Shown here in pieces: positions 37,933 to 47,550 of a DNA stretch of 64,000 nt. Where the stretch lies: IMG/VR virus record IMGVR_UViG_3300025450_000016; one strand, written 5' to 3'. Both the position numbers and the translations under genes were made by a program. Position 1 is the first letter of the stretch. Each line of letters opens with the position of its first letter. Under the pieces are notes generated by a model. The model had not been told where the DNA came from, did no database searches, and saw only the letters and a list, made by a program, of their open reading frames with translations. This DNA comes from a virus.

Positions 37933-38542
37933 ATTTGTATAATAGTGTAAATGCTTCGGCATCTGGGTTGCCAGATTTATCACCGTAGACTCGACTCAAA
38001 TTTCTAATCTGTTCTAGTTTATCTTCGGTAATATAACTACCGTAACATTGTAACAGACTTTGCTTGAAATTCCAATCGATTCCTATGTACATATTGGCCG
38101 TATTGGTACGGTATTGATACGAATAGGGCCACGATGTCATTGTCCAAACTTCAACAGCACGTTTCTGTAACAAGGGCCAAGCCAGTTCGTATGTGGTTCT
38201 ATGGTCCTGGTGAAAATCCTCGGGATTGGGTATAATGGCAATGTCACAGGTATCTATCAACTTGCCCAATTCGGTCATTGTGTTATTGTCGCAAACCAAA
38301 TTGGGTCTGCCATTTTCGTGTAGGTCAGTGTCTAACACACGTAATTCAAATCCCGACAGCTTGTAACTCTGTTCTAGTTCGTGTTCCACAATCCATTTGC
38401 TTCTGTCACTGTTGATTTCGGCACTGGGCTTGACTGTAACAACTGAAACAATTTCTGCACCGGCGTCTTGGAAACGTTTCAGTGTACCGCTGCAGGCAAT
38501 TTCTAAATCATCCGGGTGTGGTGTTACAGCTAGAATTTTCAT
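37922..38542 (-). CDS. PIG-L family N-acetyl-sugar deacetylase
   Basis: PHPDDLE and HQDH motifs. Confidence 0.88.
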   Translation of the reverse strand: MKILAVTPHPDDLEIACSGTLKRFQDAGAEIVSVVTVKPSAEINSDRSKWIVEHELEQSYKLSGFELRVLDTDLHENGRPNLVCDNNTMTELGKLIDTCDIAIIPNPEDFHQDHRTTYELAWPLLQKRAVEVWTMTSWPYSYQYRTNTANMYIGIDWNFKQSLLQCYGSYITEDKLEQIRNLSRVYGDKSGNPDAEAFTLLYKYVR

Positions 38543-39510
38543 TTTAATTTTGTTTGCCAAAAGGCACTTTCAGTAAACCACCGATGGTAGCGTTCAAATC
38601 CTTCTTCTACATCAACTTGGGGATCGAACCCAAAGTCTCTACGTGCCGCTGTGATATCCAATGCTCCGCGACTGGGGAAATCTGCATCCTTGTCTCCACA
38701 CTCAATGGAACCACTGCCAGCAATACGCACAGCCAACTCTGCAGCTTCTAGCAGCGTGGTGCTGTGGCTTTTGGTAATATTATAGGTACCATTTACAGCA
38801 CTATCGCTCAAGGTGGCTTGTACAATACCACGTGCAGCGTCTTCCACATAGGTAAAGTCTAAGGTTTCATTGGCACCGTTGACTTTAAGAGTTTCGCCTC
38901 GCAATGCGCTGAGCATAAATTTGCTGACCACGCGATCTTCAACATCCAATTCTCCGTAAACAGCACTGGGACGAATAACCACGTGATCAAAGCAACCGCG
39001 ACGGGTGTAGTCTTTGACAAGATGTTCTCCCATGAGCTTCATAATGCCGTATTGTCCTTGCGGTTGACATACGGCTGTTTCTACAACATCGTTTTCAAAA
39101 TTGCCGTATACCATACTGCTGCTGATATAAACAAATTTGGGTATATTAAATGTCTTGGTCAATTCCAACAAGTTGACCAGGCCAGTACACATTACTTCGC
39201 TACCCCAAACAGGATTGGAGCTGACCACTTTTTGTCTAGGAAAACTGGCCAAATGTATAACTGCATCTGCATTGAACGAAAAAGACATAAAGAAATTTTT
39301 AACTAGATCGTGTTCTCTGAGATCAATGTGATGTACGGCCGCTCGTATACGAGCCAGTCTAGCACGAGTCAAGTAGGTCAACTCATCCTGTGGAACAAAT
39401 CCGTAATCGGTCACGTTGTCCAACACAAAACAATCGTGTCCTAGTTCTTCTAACTGACGTACTACGTTGTGGCCAATAAAGCCGGCCCCGCCTGTTATTA
39501 GGAATTTCAT
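38539..39510 (-). CDS. NAD-dependent epimerase/dehydratase
   Basis: TGGAGFIG, SSSMVYG, YGIMK; paralog of 35918-36886. Confidence 0.88.
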   Translation of the reverse strand: MKFLITGGAGFIGHNVVRQLEELGHDCFVLDNVTDYGFVPQDELTYLTRARLARIRAAVHHIDLREHDLVKNFFMSFSFNADAVIHLASFPRQKVVSSNPVWGSEVMCTGLVNLLELTKTFNIPKFVYISSSMVYGNFENDVVETAVCQPQGQYGIMKLMGEHLVKDYTRRGCFDHVVIRPSAVYGELDVEDRVVSKFMLSALRGETLKVNGANETLDFTYVEDAARGIVQATLSDSAVNGTYNITKSHSTTLLEAAELAVRIAGSGSIECGDKDADFPSRGALDITAARRDFGFDPQVDVEEGFERYHRWFTESAFWQTKLK

Positions 39511-40422
39511 TTATACTGCCATTTCTGCTTGAATTGCTCCGTGACTTTGATACCCGTCCAAGCGAATATCTGCCATAGTAAACTTTGTGATGTCAGTGAC
39601 ATCAGGATTGAGCCAAAGAGTTGGTGCAGGTAATGGTTCACGCTTCAATTGTTCTTTTACCTGTTCTATGTGATTTAGATATATGTGTGCATCGCCGAGC
39701 GTGTGAACAAACTCACCTAGTCCAAGACCGCACACTTGAGCTATCAGGGCCGTTAAAAGGCTGTAGCTAGCGATATTAAAGGGTACACCTAAAAACATAT
39801 CACAACTTCTTTGATACATTTGACAGGACAACTTGTTATCCCGTGAAACATAAAACTGAGCCAGCACGTGGCAAGGTGGCAAAGCCATTTGATCCAGTTC
39901 GCCTGGGTTCCACGCACTCAATATGTGTCTGCGACCGTAAGGGTCTCGCTTGATACCGGTAATCAATGTTTGAAGTTGATCGGTTTCTACTTCTTGTATG
40001 CCACCTTGAATACTGAAATAACTGCCTAGATCGTTTTTGATACTGCCAGACTTAACGTGCTGTGAGCTGCGCCAGTGGCGCCATTGGACCCCATACACAC
40101 GACCCAGGTCGCCTTCGTATTGTGCTCGAGGTTTCCAGTAAGGTGCTAGAGCATTTGGTGTCCAAATAGTGGTAGTACCGGCGGCTGTGCCGTGGGTAAT
40201 TTCTGCCAGTCTACGCTCATTGCCCGATCCTTCGATCATCCATAACAGTTCGCCCACACAGGCACGCCAGGCCAACTTTTTGGTTGTTACAGCAGGAAAA
40301 CTGGCAGACAAGTCATAGCGTTGTTGCATACCAAACAGGCCAATAGTGCCCACACCGGTACGGTCGTCACGTTGTTCGCCCAATTCAAGTACTTGTTGTA
40401 ATGCGTCTAAATATTGTTTCAT
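39511..40422 (-). CDS. thyA: Thymidylate synthase
   Basis: DRTGVGT, RRHILSAWN, ALPPCH, YQRSCDMFLGVPFNIASY, DAHIY. Confidence 0.97.
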   Translation of the reverse strand: MKQYLDALQQVLELGEQRDDRTGVGTIGLFGMQQRYDLSASFPAVTTKKLAWRACVGELLWMIEGSGNERRLAEITHGTAAGTTTIWTPNALAPYWKPRAQYEGDLGRVYGVQWRHWRSSQHVKSGSIKNDLGSYFSIQGGIQEVETDQLQTLITGIKRDPYGRRHILSAWNPGELDQMALPPCHVLAQFYVSRDNKLSCQMYQRSCDMFLGVPFNIASYSLLTALIAQVCGLGLGEFVHTLGDAHIYLNHIEQVKEQLKREPLPAPTLWLNPDVTDITKFTMADIRLDGYQSHGAIQAEMAV

Positions 40423-41189
40423 AAATTTAATTGTTTCACTATGTAGTCAAATAGTATTTTATGACCTTTGCGGTTAGGATGCAAGCCATCTGGATGAAAT
40501 ATAAGTTCTTGCATAATACGACTATGGTCTTGTAGTGAATCAACCTCTTGTCGAATACGGTTGGCTGTGTCTGCGTCAAAATCGGATAAATCAATGTAGT
40601 CAATACCCCAGGTATAACTGATAACAAATTCGGGATCATTGATGTGTTTGTGTTCGTCCAGGTGGCCTACCAACATATACATCAAACTTGGTACCAACGG
40701 ATTCAACTGTTGATATGGGCCAAATAGATTTGTGTTCAAATTGGAATTGCCACCTATGCAATGTATAGTGGTGTCAAAACGTTTGCCTACTTCGTTTAGC
40801 TGTTGATAAATTTGATCTTGTGTGCGTCGTAATAGTGCAATGACTCCGCCAGCTTCTTTGATTTTGTCGGCAAACCCTTTGAGATTTTTGACAGTTGCAT
40901 TGCGATGGAGACGTGCTGCAAGCAAGGCCGGCATAACAATATCCAACAACGGATCAGCTAAAAAATAAAAAACAACGTCGCCGGCGGTGTGGTGTTGTTC
41001 CATATGTCTTTCTAAAGAAACAATAGATCGTTGATGCCAACTGCGAGCCAGGCTGGCTTCTATCACTTGATATCCGTATTCTTCGAAGTATTGTGCCAAT
41101 CCACGATGCAACACACGGGGTTTACCGTTTTCCCATTCGCCTCGAGCCCAACTGCCGCCGCCTACAAAAATTTTAGGTTTATTTTGCAT
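40419..41189 (-). CDS. SGNH-like protein
   Basis: GGSWARGEW; DGLHPN..GH. Confidence 0.6.
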   Translation of the reverse strand: MQNKPKIFVGGGSWARGEWENGKPRVLHRGLAQYFEEYGYQVIEASLARSWHQRSIVSLERHMEQHHTAGDVVFYFLADPLLDIVMPALLAARLHRNATVKNLKGFADKIKEAGGVIALLRRTQDQIYQQLNEVGKRFDTTIHCIGGNSNLNTNLFGPYQQLNPLVPSLMYMLVGHLDEHKHINDPEFVISYTWGIDYIDLSDFDADTANRIRQEVDSLQDHSRIMQELIFHPDGLHPNRKGHKILFDYIVKQLNL

Positions 41190-41191
41190 TG

Positions 41192-41974
41192 TTAAAGTAA
41201 ATTTAATTTTTCCGTTAGATAATCAAACAACACTCGATGTGCTGCTTGGTTCGGATGTATGCCGTCAGGCCGAAACGGATCCTCACGAAACAGCTTGAGA
41301 TTATCGATCAATTCTTCAGCTTCGGCCAATATACGCTTGCCCAGCTCACGATCAAAAATTGAAAAATCAATAATGTCTTGATCCCACGTGTGTACCACAC
41401 CAAAGGTTTGATTTTGGCAACGACTGTGCTCGCTAAAGTGCCCTACCAGTAAGTATATCCAAGAAGGTACTATGCTGACTAAATTTTTAAATTCTGCCAT
41501 TACGTCTTGGTTGATGTTGAAAGTACCGCCTATACAGTATATTTGAGTATTGTACTGTTGTGCAGTTTGATTCAGCTGAGAATAAATTTTTTGTTGTTGC
41601 TCAACAACTAGATTTTTTAATCCGCCGGCTTGTTGTATGCATTGTGAGAATTTTGGCAATACCACATTCTCGTGAGACTTTAATGTACCTGTTTCTATTT
41701 TTTCAAGTGTAATAAGATCTGTCAAGGGATCGGCTTGTATCCACAGTATTACGTCACCGGGCTGATAGGATTCAGCTAATTTTTGATCTAAGATTTGGTT
41801 TATTTTTTGATGATATGTGCGTGGCTTGGCCGAGTTAACAACTTGATAGCCAGCTTCGGTAAAGTATTGTTGTATACCACCGTGTATGACTTCTGCTCCG
41901 TGCCATTCGCCCATGGCCCAACTAAGGCCGGCTACAAATATTTTAGGTTTTTGCTCGTTTAAAGATGGGATCAT
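41192..41974 (-). CDS. SGNH-like protein, tandem paralog of the previous gene
   Basis: KPKIFVAGLSWAMGEW; DGIHPN..AH; start taken as MIPSL. Confidence 0.6.
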   Translation of the reverse strand: MIPSLNEQKPKIFVAGLSWAMGEWHGAEVIHGGIQQYFTEAGYQVVNSAKPRTYHQKINQILDQKLAESYQPGDVILWIQADPLTDLITLEKIETGTLKSHENVVLPKFSQCIQQAGGLKNLVVEQQQKIYSQLNQTAQQYNTQIYCIGGTFNINQDVMAEFKNLVSIVPSWIYLLVGHFSEHSRCQNQTFGVVHTWDQDIIDFSIFDRELGKRILAEAEELIDNLKLFREDPFRPDGIHPNQAAHRVLFDYLTEKLNLL

Positions 41975-42443
41975 AGATTGTGAATACCGATTGAAAATCC
42001 TTACTGACTTGAGCACGTACTGGAACAAACCCAGTCAGCATTTCTTTTAAATTTATTCTGGTATCAGCACGATAAGATCCTTTGATATGTGTGGCATAAA
42101 TTCTGTCAAACAAATCGTGTGCTTGTTCCAGCAATGCCGCGCCACCGATCACAAACACAGTTTTATCCGGGTGACGACTTTCAAGTTCTAACAGTCGTTC
42201 TTTGATGTCACCACTGACAGGACTTGCGTGTAGTACTGGCTTGTGTGTAAACACGTAAACTGTACGACCTGGCAGGGGCTTGGGCATCTTGGCATCATCC
42301 CAAGTATTGCGGCCGCATACTACTACGTGTCCGTCAGTTATTCGTTGAAAGTTGGCTAAATCTTCAGCGTTATGAGGCCACGGCAATGTACCGTTGAACC
42401 CCATACCGCCGTTGAAGTCAACGGCAAATATGGCATTAATCAT
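41943..42443 (-). CDS. folA: Dihydrofolate reductase
   Basis: GMGFNGTLPW...DLANF, GRNTW, PLPGR, VIGG. Confidence 0.92.
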   Translation of the reverse strand: MINAIFAVDFNGGMGFNGTLPWPHNAEDLANFQRITDGHVVVCGRNTWDDAKMPKPLPGRTVYVFTHKPVLHASPVSGDIKERLLELESRHPDKTVFVIGGAALLEQAHDLFDRIYATHIKGSYRADTRINLKEMLTGFVPVRAQVSKDFQSVFTIYDPIFKRAKT

Positions 42444-42787
42444 AAATCTTTTAAGAGTTGATCGGTGATGGGTTGTATAAACTTGGCTACGCTATCTACA
42501 CTGATATGAAAATCAACGTCTTGAATAATGTCATCAAGGTCGTGTAATTTTTTATTGATCAGTTGTTCTACAAATTCAGGTTCGGCACCTTCGTCAATCA
42601 TTTCTGCAATGTTGACATCGACACTGGTACCGTCTTTGAGGTTAACTGTGATGTAGCGTAACACACCAATGGGTACTTGCTCTTTGTTAATTTCTTTAAT
42701 GAGCTTTTCCCACTGGTCTTTTCTATTTAAATTAAGCCGCTTGCTTTTTGGCTGGCGTGGCTTTTTTGGCTCTTGTTGTTTTGGCAT
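42440..42787 (-). CDS. Hypothetical phage protein
   Basis: Coupled ORF. Confidence 0.55.
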   Translation of the reverse strand: MPKQQEPKKPRQPKSKRLNLNRKDQWEKLIKEINKEQVPIGVLRYITVNLKDGTSVDVNIAEMIDEGAEPEFVEQLINKKLHDLDDIIQDVDFHISVDSVAKFIQPITDQLLKDL

Positions 42788-43430
42788 TTTTAGCAGGTTT
42801 CAGTGTGGATGCTTCGGCTTCTAATCTTTTTGCTTCAGCAATTAACTGAGCAGCCTGTGCTTTCATTTGTTCAGCTTGACTTAGTCTTTGTGCAGCTAGA
42901 TCATCGTCACTTAACACACCTTTGATGTATGCAGCGGCATTGTTGGTTGCTTCAACGTCTAGGTTAGTACGACTAACACTGGTGTTGTTTGGAGGCATAC
43001 CAACTTCGCGACCTTGACGAACTTTCTTGGTCTGCATACCTGCTTCTTTGTCTAGATCAGCTAGGCGTTTGACAGCTTGCTCACCTTTGCTCATTTCGTC
43101 CAAGATGCTGTTTAATTCATCTAGGCGCACACTTGATTTGGCAGTAGGAGTGATTAAGATTTGGCTGGTAGGCACTTTCTTGATAAAACCTTCTTTGTGT
43201 AGTACGTCAAGTGCATTACGACCATCGGCCATTACTGTACGGAACAGCACATCGCTGAAGTCAGTGGCATTTTGACCAATTGGGCTTTCCAATGCTTTCA
43301 TAACTTCGTCGTGGATCATACGTGGCAATGTGTCGCTGTATGCTACTAGGCCCATATGGTCTTCATTTGGGACCTTGCGCCATAGTAATACTATTTTTCT
43401 GTTGTTGTGTTTACCAACGTGCTTAATCAT
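42732..43430 (-). CDS. Hypothetical phage protein with basic C-terminal tail
   Basis: AAGGA RBS; K/A-rich tail. Confidence 0.6.
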   Translation of the reverse strand: MIKHVGKHNNRKIVLLWRKVPNEDHMGLVAYSDTLPRMIHDEVMKALESPIGQNATDFSDVLFRTVMADGRNALDVLHKEGFIKKVPTSQILITPTAKSSVRLDELNSILDEMSKGEQAVKRLADLDKEAGMQTKKVRQGREVGMPPNNTSVSRTNLDVEATNNAAAYIKGVLSDDDLAAQRLSQAEQMKAQAAQLIAEAKRLEAEASTLKPAKNAKTTRAKKATPAKKQAA

Positions 43431-43445
43431 TTTGATTTTCCTTTA

Positions 43446-43748
43446 TTATTCTGCAGCAGCATCTTCAGCTGATTCAGCTGATTCTGTGGCAGTACTGCTA
43501 ATAGTTTCATCACTTGATGGAGCCGAAGATGCAGCAGTTAATGCTCCACTGGCTGATAAGAATGTGGTCAAGCGATCAAATAGTCCGCCAACTTGGCTGA
43601 GTTCTTCGGCTTTAAAAGCACCACGCTGTGTGGTAAGTTGAATAACTTGAGCACACAACAATAAATCCTGAAGTGTGAGCTGTGGACCAGCTGGGGTTGT
43701 TGCTACTGTGTCTTCTGTAGTCTGTTCTACTGTTGTATTTTCTTGCAT
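43446..43748 (-). CDS. Hypothetical phage protein
   Basis: GGAG RBS; RGAFKAEELSQVG core. Confidence 0.6.
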   Translation of the reverse strand: MQENTTVEQTTEDTVATTPAGPQLTLQDLLLCAQVIQLTTQRGAFKAEELSQVGGLFDRLTTFLSASGALTAASSAPSSDETISSTATESAESAEDAAAE

Positions 43749-43810
43749 AGTGTCTCCGTAATAAACTATGCATATATTTACGATCTGTAACAGACCATAA
43801 AAAATTTTTC

Positions 43811-44098
43811 TTAACCAAAATCGTGTTGGTTAATTTGATCCAAAATTAAAGCAAACATACTGGCTTCGCCGGCTATTTCAAAAGCGGCTCTTTTTTGCAT
43901 TTGCACGTGGCCGTCGGCATCTTTATAATACCAATCGCCGTACCAAAACCGACCAGTCAAATTGGTCCAAATCCAATCACTGATGATCTTGGGACTGGCC
44001 ACTAGATCAAAATCCACTGCGGTAAAATGTGGTGGGCAGTAGGACAGTTCTCTTAGTCCAAAAACGGCCAATGGATTGGCTTCTCCGTGTTTAAGCAT
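43811..44098 (-). CDS. Hypothetical phage protein
   Basis: Coupled ORF. Confidence 0.55.
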   Translation of the reverse strand: MLKHGEANPLAVFGLRELSYCPPHFTAVDFDLVASPKIISDWIWTNLTGRFWYGDWYYKDADGHVQMQKRAAFEIAGEASMFALILDQINQHDFG

Positions 44099-44387
44099 TC
44101 TTTTCTTTGATAGCGTCTATAGTTGATTGACTGAGCTCACCTTCAATGATCTTGAATTTGGTATCTGCTTGATTGAGCTCGGGCAACGTGATGCGGTCCC
44201 GTAACAGTTCTTCGGCATCACGCACAAACACTTCAGTGGCCTGATATTGTTTGGTGTACTGTGCAATTTCTACACTTCGCATAAGATCGTCCAAGGTATT
44301 TTCTAGCCGAAGCATACGCACCTGTAACTTCAGTGCCAATTCACGTGCAGCTTTGGGTTTTAGTTTGGTTGGGTCTTGAAATTCCAT
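44091..44387 (-). CDS. Hypothetical protein
   Basis: Coupled ORF with RBS. Confidence 0.5.
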   Translation of the reverse strand: MEFQDPTKLKPKAARELALKLQVRMLRLENTLDDLMRSVEIAQYTKQYQATEVFVRDAEELLRDRITLPELNQADTKFKIIEGELSQSTIDAIKEKNA

Positions 44388-44598
44388 TATTTAATTCCTA
44401 AGGTTGTGGGGCTGTGATCCAATCTATCGCCATGCTCATCTGAGTAAAAGGTTGCGGTCTTGTCTGTTATTGTAACAGATAAATCTGAATGAAGCAAGTC
44501 GTAATCGGTAAATTCAAAGGTATCAGTATATACTCTAAATCGGTACTGCCCATCGGCACACCAAATTAATACACCTTCAACTCCGTCAGCTGATATTT

Positions 44599-44832
44599 TC
44601 ATTGCCGTAATGTCTCCCACATATAGGTTGGATCGTCTTTGGGTACAACAGCCACCATTTTGATCCAGCCACGTTCATAAGCCTGTGCAATGATACTAGC
44701 ATACTCTCTAGGACACTGGCTGGTAATTTCAATACCAGCACGGTTGGCTAAAGTGAAAGATCCTTGTAGTTGAAAACTTGGATCACCTTTACGCAAAGTG
44801 ACCCAAGGCGTTTCGCTTACAGAGAATATCAT
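44599..44832 (-). CDS. Hypothetical protein
   Basis: Start lies in the GGAGTTGAAGAATGA junction repeat. Confidence 0.55.
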   Translation of the reverse strand: MIFSVSETPWVTLRKGDPSFQLQGSFTLANRAGIEITSQCPREYASIIAQAYERGWIKMVAVVPKDDPTYMWETLRQ

Positions 44833-45020
44833 TCTTCAACTCCGAAATGTTGTAAAATCTGCTCACTACAATGTTCTCTACTTCTAGCATCATCCCCGGG
44901 CCCAGGACGACTGACACACAATAACGCACATTCTCTCACAATCAACTCGGCGAACCTTTCTATCTCTGCGTTTACTGTGATACCAGCCCGATGGGCCAAC
45001 TGAGCAAGGGTGAGGTTCAT
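44829..45020 (-). CDS. Small FAELIVREC/FGVEE-family protein, copy 1
   Basis: ERFAELIVRECA...ILQHFGVEE. Confidence 0.65.
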   Translation of the reverse strand: MNLTLAQLAHRAGITVNAEIERFAELIVRECALLCVSRPGPGDDARSREHCSEQILQHFGVEE

Positions 45021-45214
45021 TTTCTTAGAATCCTAATTATTCCATCAGGAGTATTATTAATATTATATTGAAGGTCATTCAACTTGTTAGTTTCACTTAA
45101 CCTTTCCAATGTCTCATTTGATTTATCATTTTTGACATCTTCCCATAATGGTTGTTTCTTCATACTTCTACACCAATTTTGAGATTGAAGTTTTTTGGTT
45201 CTATTACCCATAAC

Positions 45215-45835
45215 TTATAGTAATCCTTGTTTCTTATATTCTTTTTCAAGCAGGTCCTTTGGAACACTATCACTTTTTCCAAGTCCTAACTTACGCTTTA
45301 ACTCTTGTCTAATCCTTGCCTTCTGACCTTGAATCTCTTTGGTTGATTCTTTGTGAGTTTTACCGAGCATACTTGTACCATATGATCCGTTTGCCTTGCG
45401 AGTTGCTACAATCTTTTTAACCACATTTTTTCGTTGCCCGGAGGCGTGTTGATCTCTTAGAGATTGCCTTCTTTTTTTACGACCAACTGCGGCCCTTTCA
45501 GTACCAAGCATTTCCTCAAGAGTTTTACCACGCATAGCATCACCAATGCGTTTCTTTTCTTCCTCGGTGTACGGATTGAGTTTTCTATACTCAATATTGG
45601 ATAAACGAATCTTTTCAACAATAGCCTCGAACTCGGGAGAATCGGCTCGTTCTGCCATTGCCTTTTCAATGGCCTTTTGATGACGCTCTTTGAATGTTGG
45701 ATCTTGAAAAAGAAGTTTTATGATCTCCCCATTACCAGCATAGCGAACTCGTTTAGCAAAGTCATCACTTAACAGTTCTTCATTGCTGATGCCAGGAAGT
45801 TCTTGGTTGCCCCAATTGTCTTTTTTCAAGCTCAT
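45215..45835 (-). CDS. Basic protein with NUMOD3-like repeats, no recognisable nuclease domain
   Basis: YTEEEKKRIGDAMRGK and GKTHKESTKEIQG repeats. Confidence 0.5.
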   Translation of the reverse strand: MSLKKDNWGNQELPGISNEELLSDDFAKRVRYAGNGEIIKLLFQDPTFKERHQKAIEKAMAERADSPEFEAIVEKIRLSNIEYRKLNPYTEEEKKRIGDAMRGKTLEEMLGTERAAVGRKKRRQSLRDQHASGQRKNVVKKIVATRKANGSYGTSMLGKTHKESTKEIQGQKARIRQELKRKLGLGKSDSVPKDLLEKEYKKQGLL

Positions 45836-46668
45836 TGTCCTTCTCCCCAGTTACCAATTTGGTTGTCTGCTAATGTCTCCCAATCTTTAGGGAAATGGTG
45901 ACGCAAGTCAGCAAGTTTTACAGCCACACGAGGAGTAATCTCTGTGAGAGTTTTATAGTTTTTGTTGATGTATTTCAGTGCATCTGCTTGAACTTCATCT
46001 GGGTACCCACAAATACCATCTTGCTCAAATGCTTCGCAATTGGCCCCGAGCATATCTACTTCTTTGATAAGGTGAAGTGTGTATAACAACTTTTCGTCAT
46101 CGTTGAAATAGCATTTAATAATATTAAAACGACTTACCAAGGCATCGTAGTGCTGTTTGGCGGCCTTCTTAATATCTGCCATTGTGTCGTTAGTAATCCA
46201 AATTACCGTGCCGTCATATTCAAACGACATAGGCACATCTAATGCAATCATCAATGGATTTCGTTGTGCTCGTTCCCAACTAATCTGGCGAGGACGACTT
46301 GATGGCTCAGTGGCACCTTTAATCATATCAAGAATATCACGCTTTTCGCTACCGCTACGATGAATCAGGTCACAGTCGTCTAAGATGAGAACACGATGTT
46401 TGGCACGATTTTGATACAGTTTAACATATAAGGCCGCGGCTGAAATTGAGCCACCTTTGATATATTCTGCGTCCGGTTGTGCGTTCCTGTCTGCAAATGC
46501 TTTACGCACCCAGTGGGTCTTGCCGGTACCGGCATCACCAGAAATTAATAGTCCTTTGATAGCACTATCTTTGTTGTCAATAAATGATCCTGTCATTTTG
46601 TATACAGTATCAAATTTATCAACCACCCGTTGAACAACGGGATTTGTAATGAGAGTTTCAGTTGTCAT
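45832..46668 (-). CDS. P-loop AAA-like ATPase
   Basis: Walker A GDAGTGKT, Walker B LILDDCD, ITN sensor, SR arginine finger. Confidence 0.75.
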   Translation of the reverse strand: MTTETLITNPVVQRVVDKFDTVYKMTGSFIDNKDSAIKGLLISGDAGTGKTHWVRKAFADRNAQPDAEYIKGGSISAAALYVKLYQNRAKHRVLILDDCDLIHRSGSEKRDILDMIKGATEPSSRPRQISWERAQRNPLMIALDVPMSFEYDGTVIWITNDTMADIKKAAKQHYDALVSRFNIIKCYFNDDEKLLYTLHLIKEVDMLGANCEAFEQDGICGYPDEVQADALKYINKNYKTLTEITPRVAVKLADLRHHFPKDWETLADNQIGNWGEGQ

Positions 46669-46752
46669 ATAGTTCCTTTCTGAATTGTCTTGACAAATCT
46701 AACCATTTAGTAGGTTTTCTTTTAGATGCCTAGACATCTAACCCACACGCAT

Positions 46753-46781
46753 ATAATAGCACATCTATTTATTCTTGTCAA
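46753..46781 (-). promoter_or_regulatory. Sigma70 promoter of the ATPase cassette
   Basis: TTGACA-17 nt-TATTAT on - strand. Confidence 0.65.
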
Positions 46782-46978
46782 TCCTTGATGTATCCAAAAT
46801 GCTCTAATATATTCTTAGGATCAGAACACAATCCGGCACATTCCTTCACAATCAACTCGGCGAACTTTTCCAAGTATTCTTCTGGAGTATAGTTGTCTAT
46901 CATTTCTCTGCCACTATCGTCCCAAAGTGTAAATCCTATACCAGCCTCGAGGGCAAGTTCTCTAATCCGCTCATTCAT
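46778..46978 (-). CDS. Small FAELIVREC-family protein, copy 2
   Basis: MNERIRELA...EKFAELIVKECA...ILEHFG. Confidence 0.65.
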   Translation of the reverse strand: MNERIRELALEAGIGFTLWDDSGREMIDNYTPEEYLEKFAELIVKECAGLCSDPKNILEHFGYIKD

Positions 46979-47131
46979 AGTATGGGTCCTGTGCTATACC
47001 TACATTAAGTTTGAACCAATCAATCTTAACTTTATTGTCTTGATATACTCTATCAACTTCAACACCGTTTTCTATTACTGTGGTCATATCGTCCCAGGTA
47101 ATAGTAGCTCTATAGTTAATATCTTCTTCGT

Positions 47132-47371
47132 TCATTCTTCAACTCCGAAAACTGAAATTTTCTTAACCATATCACCTAACCGCAGTTCCACAGATAAACG
47201 ACGCTCGTTTCCGTTAAACATTCCGTCGCTAACTACAGCCGTATTGGCGATTTCATTAAACAATAACTCGGCGAACTTTTCTAATTCGTTGTATGACATA
47301 TTGCCGTCACTTAGATTAGCCTCTGTAATGCCAACCTGTTCACTAAGTTCTCTAATCTTCTTCTCGTTCAT
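47132..47371 (-). CDS. Small FAELIVREC-family protein, copy 3
   Basis: MNEKKIREL...EKFAELL...FGVEE. Confidence 0.6.
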   Translation of the reverse strand: MNEKKIRELSEQVGITEANLSDGNMSYNELEKFAELLFNEIANTAVVSDGMFNGNERRLSVELRLGDMVKKISVFGVEE

Positions 47372-47550
47372 TCAAATGCACCTTCCATATCCTGTTGCAC
47401 CATATCATACATCGAACTATAACAAGTTGGACAAAATGCTACAGGTAATATTCCAAAGTAGCCTTGTACTCCGCCTTCGTCATCTGTAAACTCACAACTG
47501 CATACATTACATTTGTGGGTATCGCCCACGTGCTCTAATCCTTCGATCAT
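47368..47550 (-). CDS. Small Zn-finger protein
   Basis: CNVC...CPTC. Confidence 0.55.
   Translation of the reverse strand: MIEGLEHVGDTHKCNVCSCEFTDDEGGVQGYFGILPVAFCPTCYSSMYDMVQQDMEGAFE

Noticed and set aside
39511-40422. dCMP/dUMP hydroxymethylase supplying a glycosylation handle
   Set aside because: Canonical ThyA with PFN (Asn specifying dUMP) and a neighbouring DHFR
45215-45835. Active homing endonuclease
   Set aside because: Only NUMOD3-like repeats; no GIY-YIG or HNH catalytic motif visible
46893-47489. 198-aa + strand ORF and the many other antisense or nested ORFs in the track
   Set aside because: They shadow well-supported coupled genes on the other strand or frame and have no RBS or motifs
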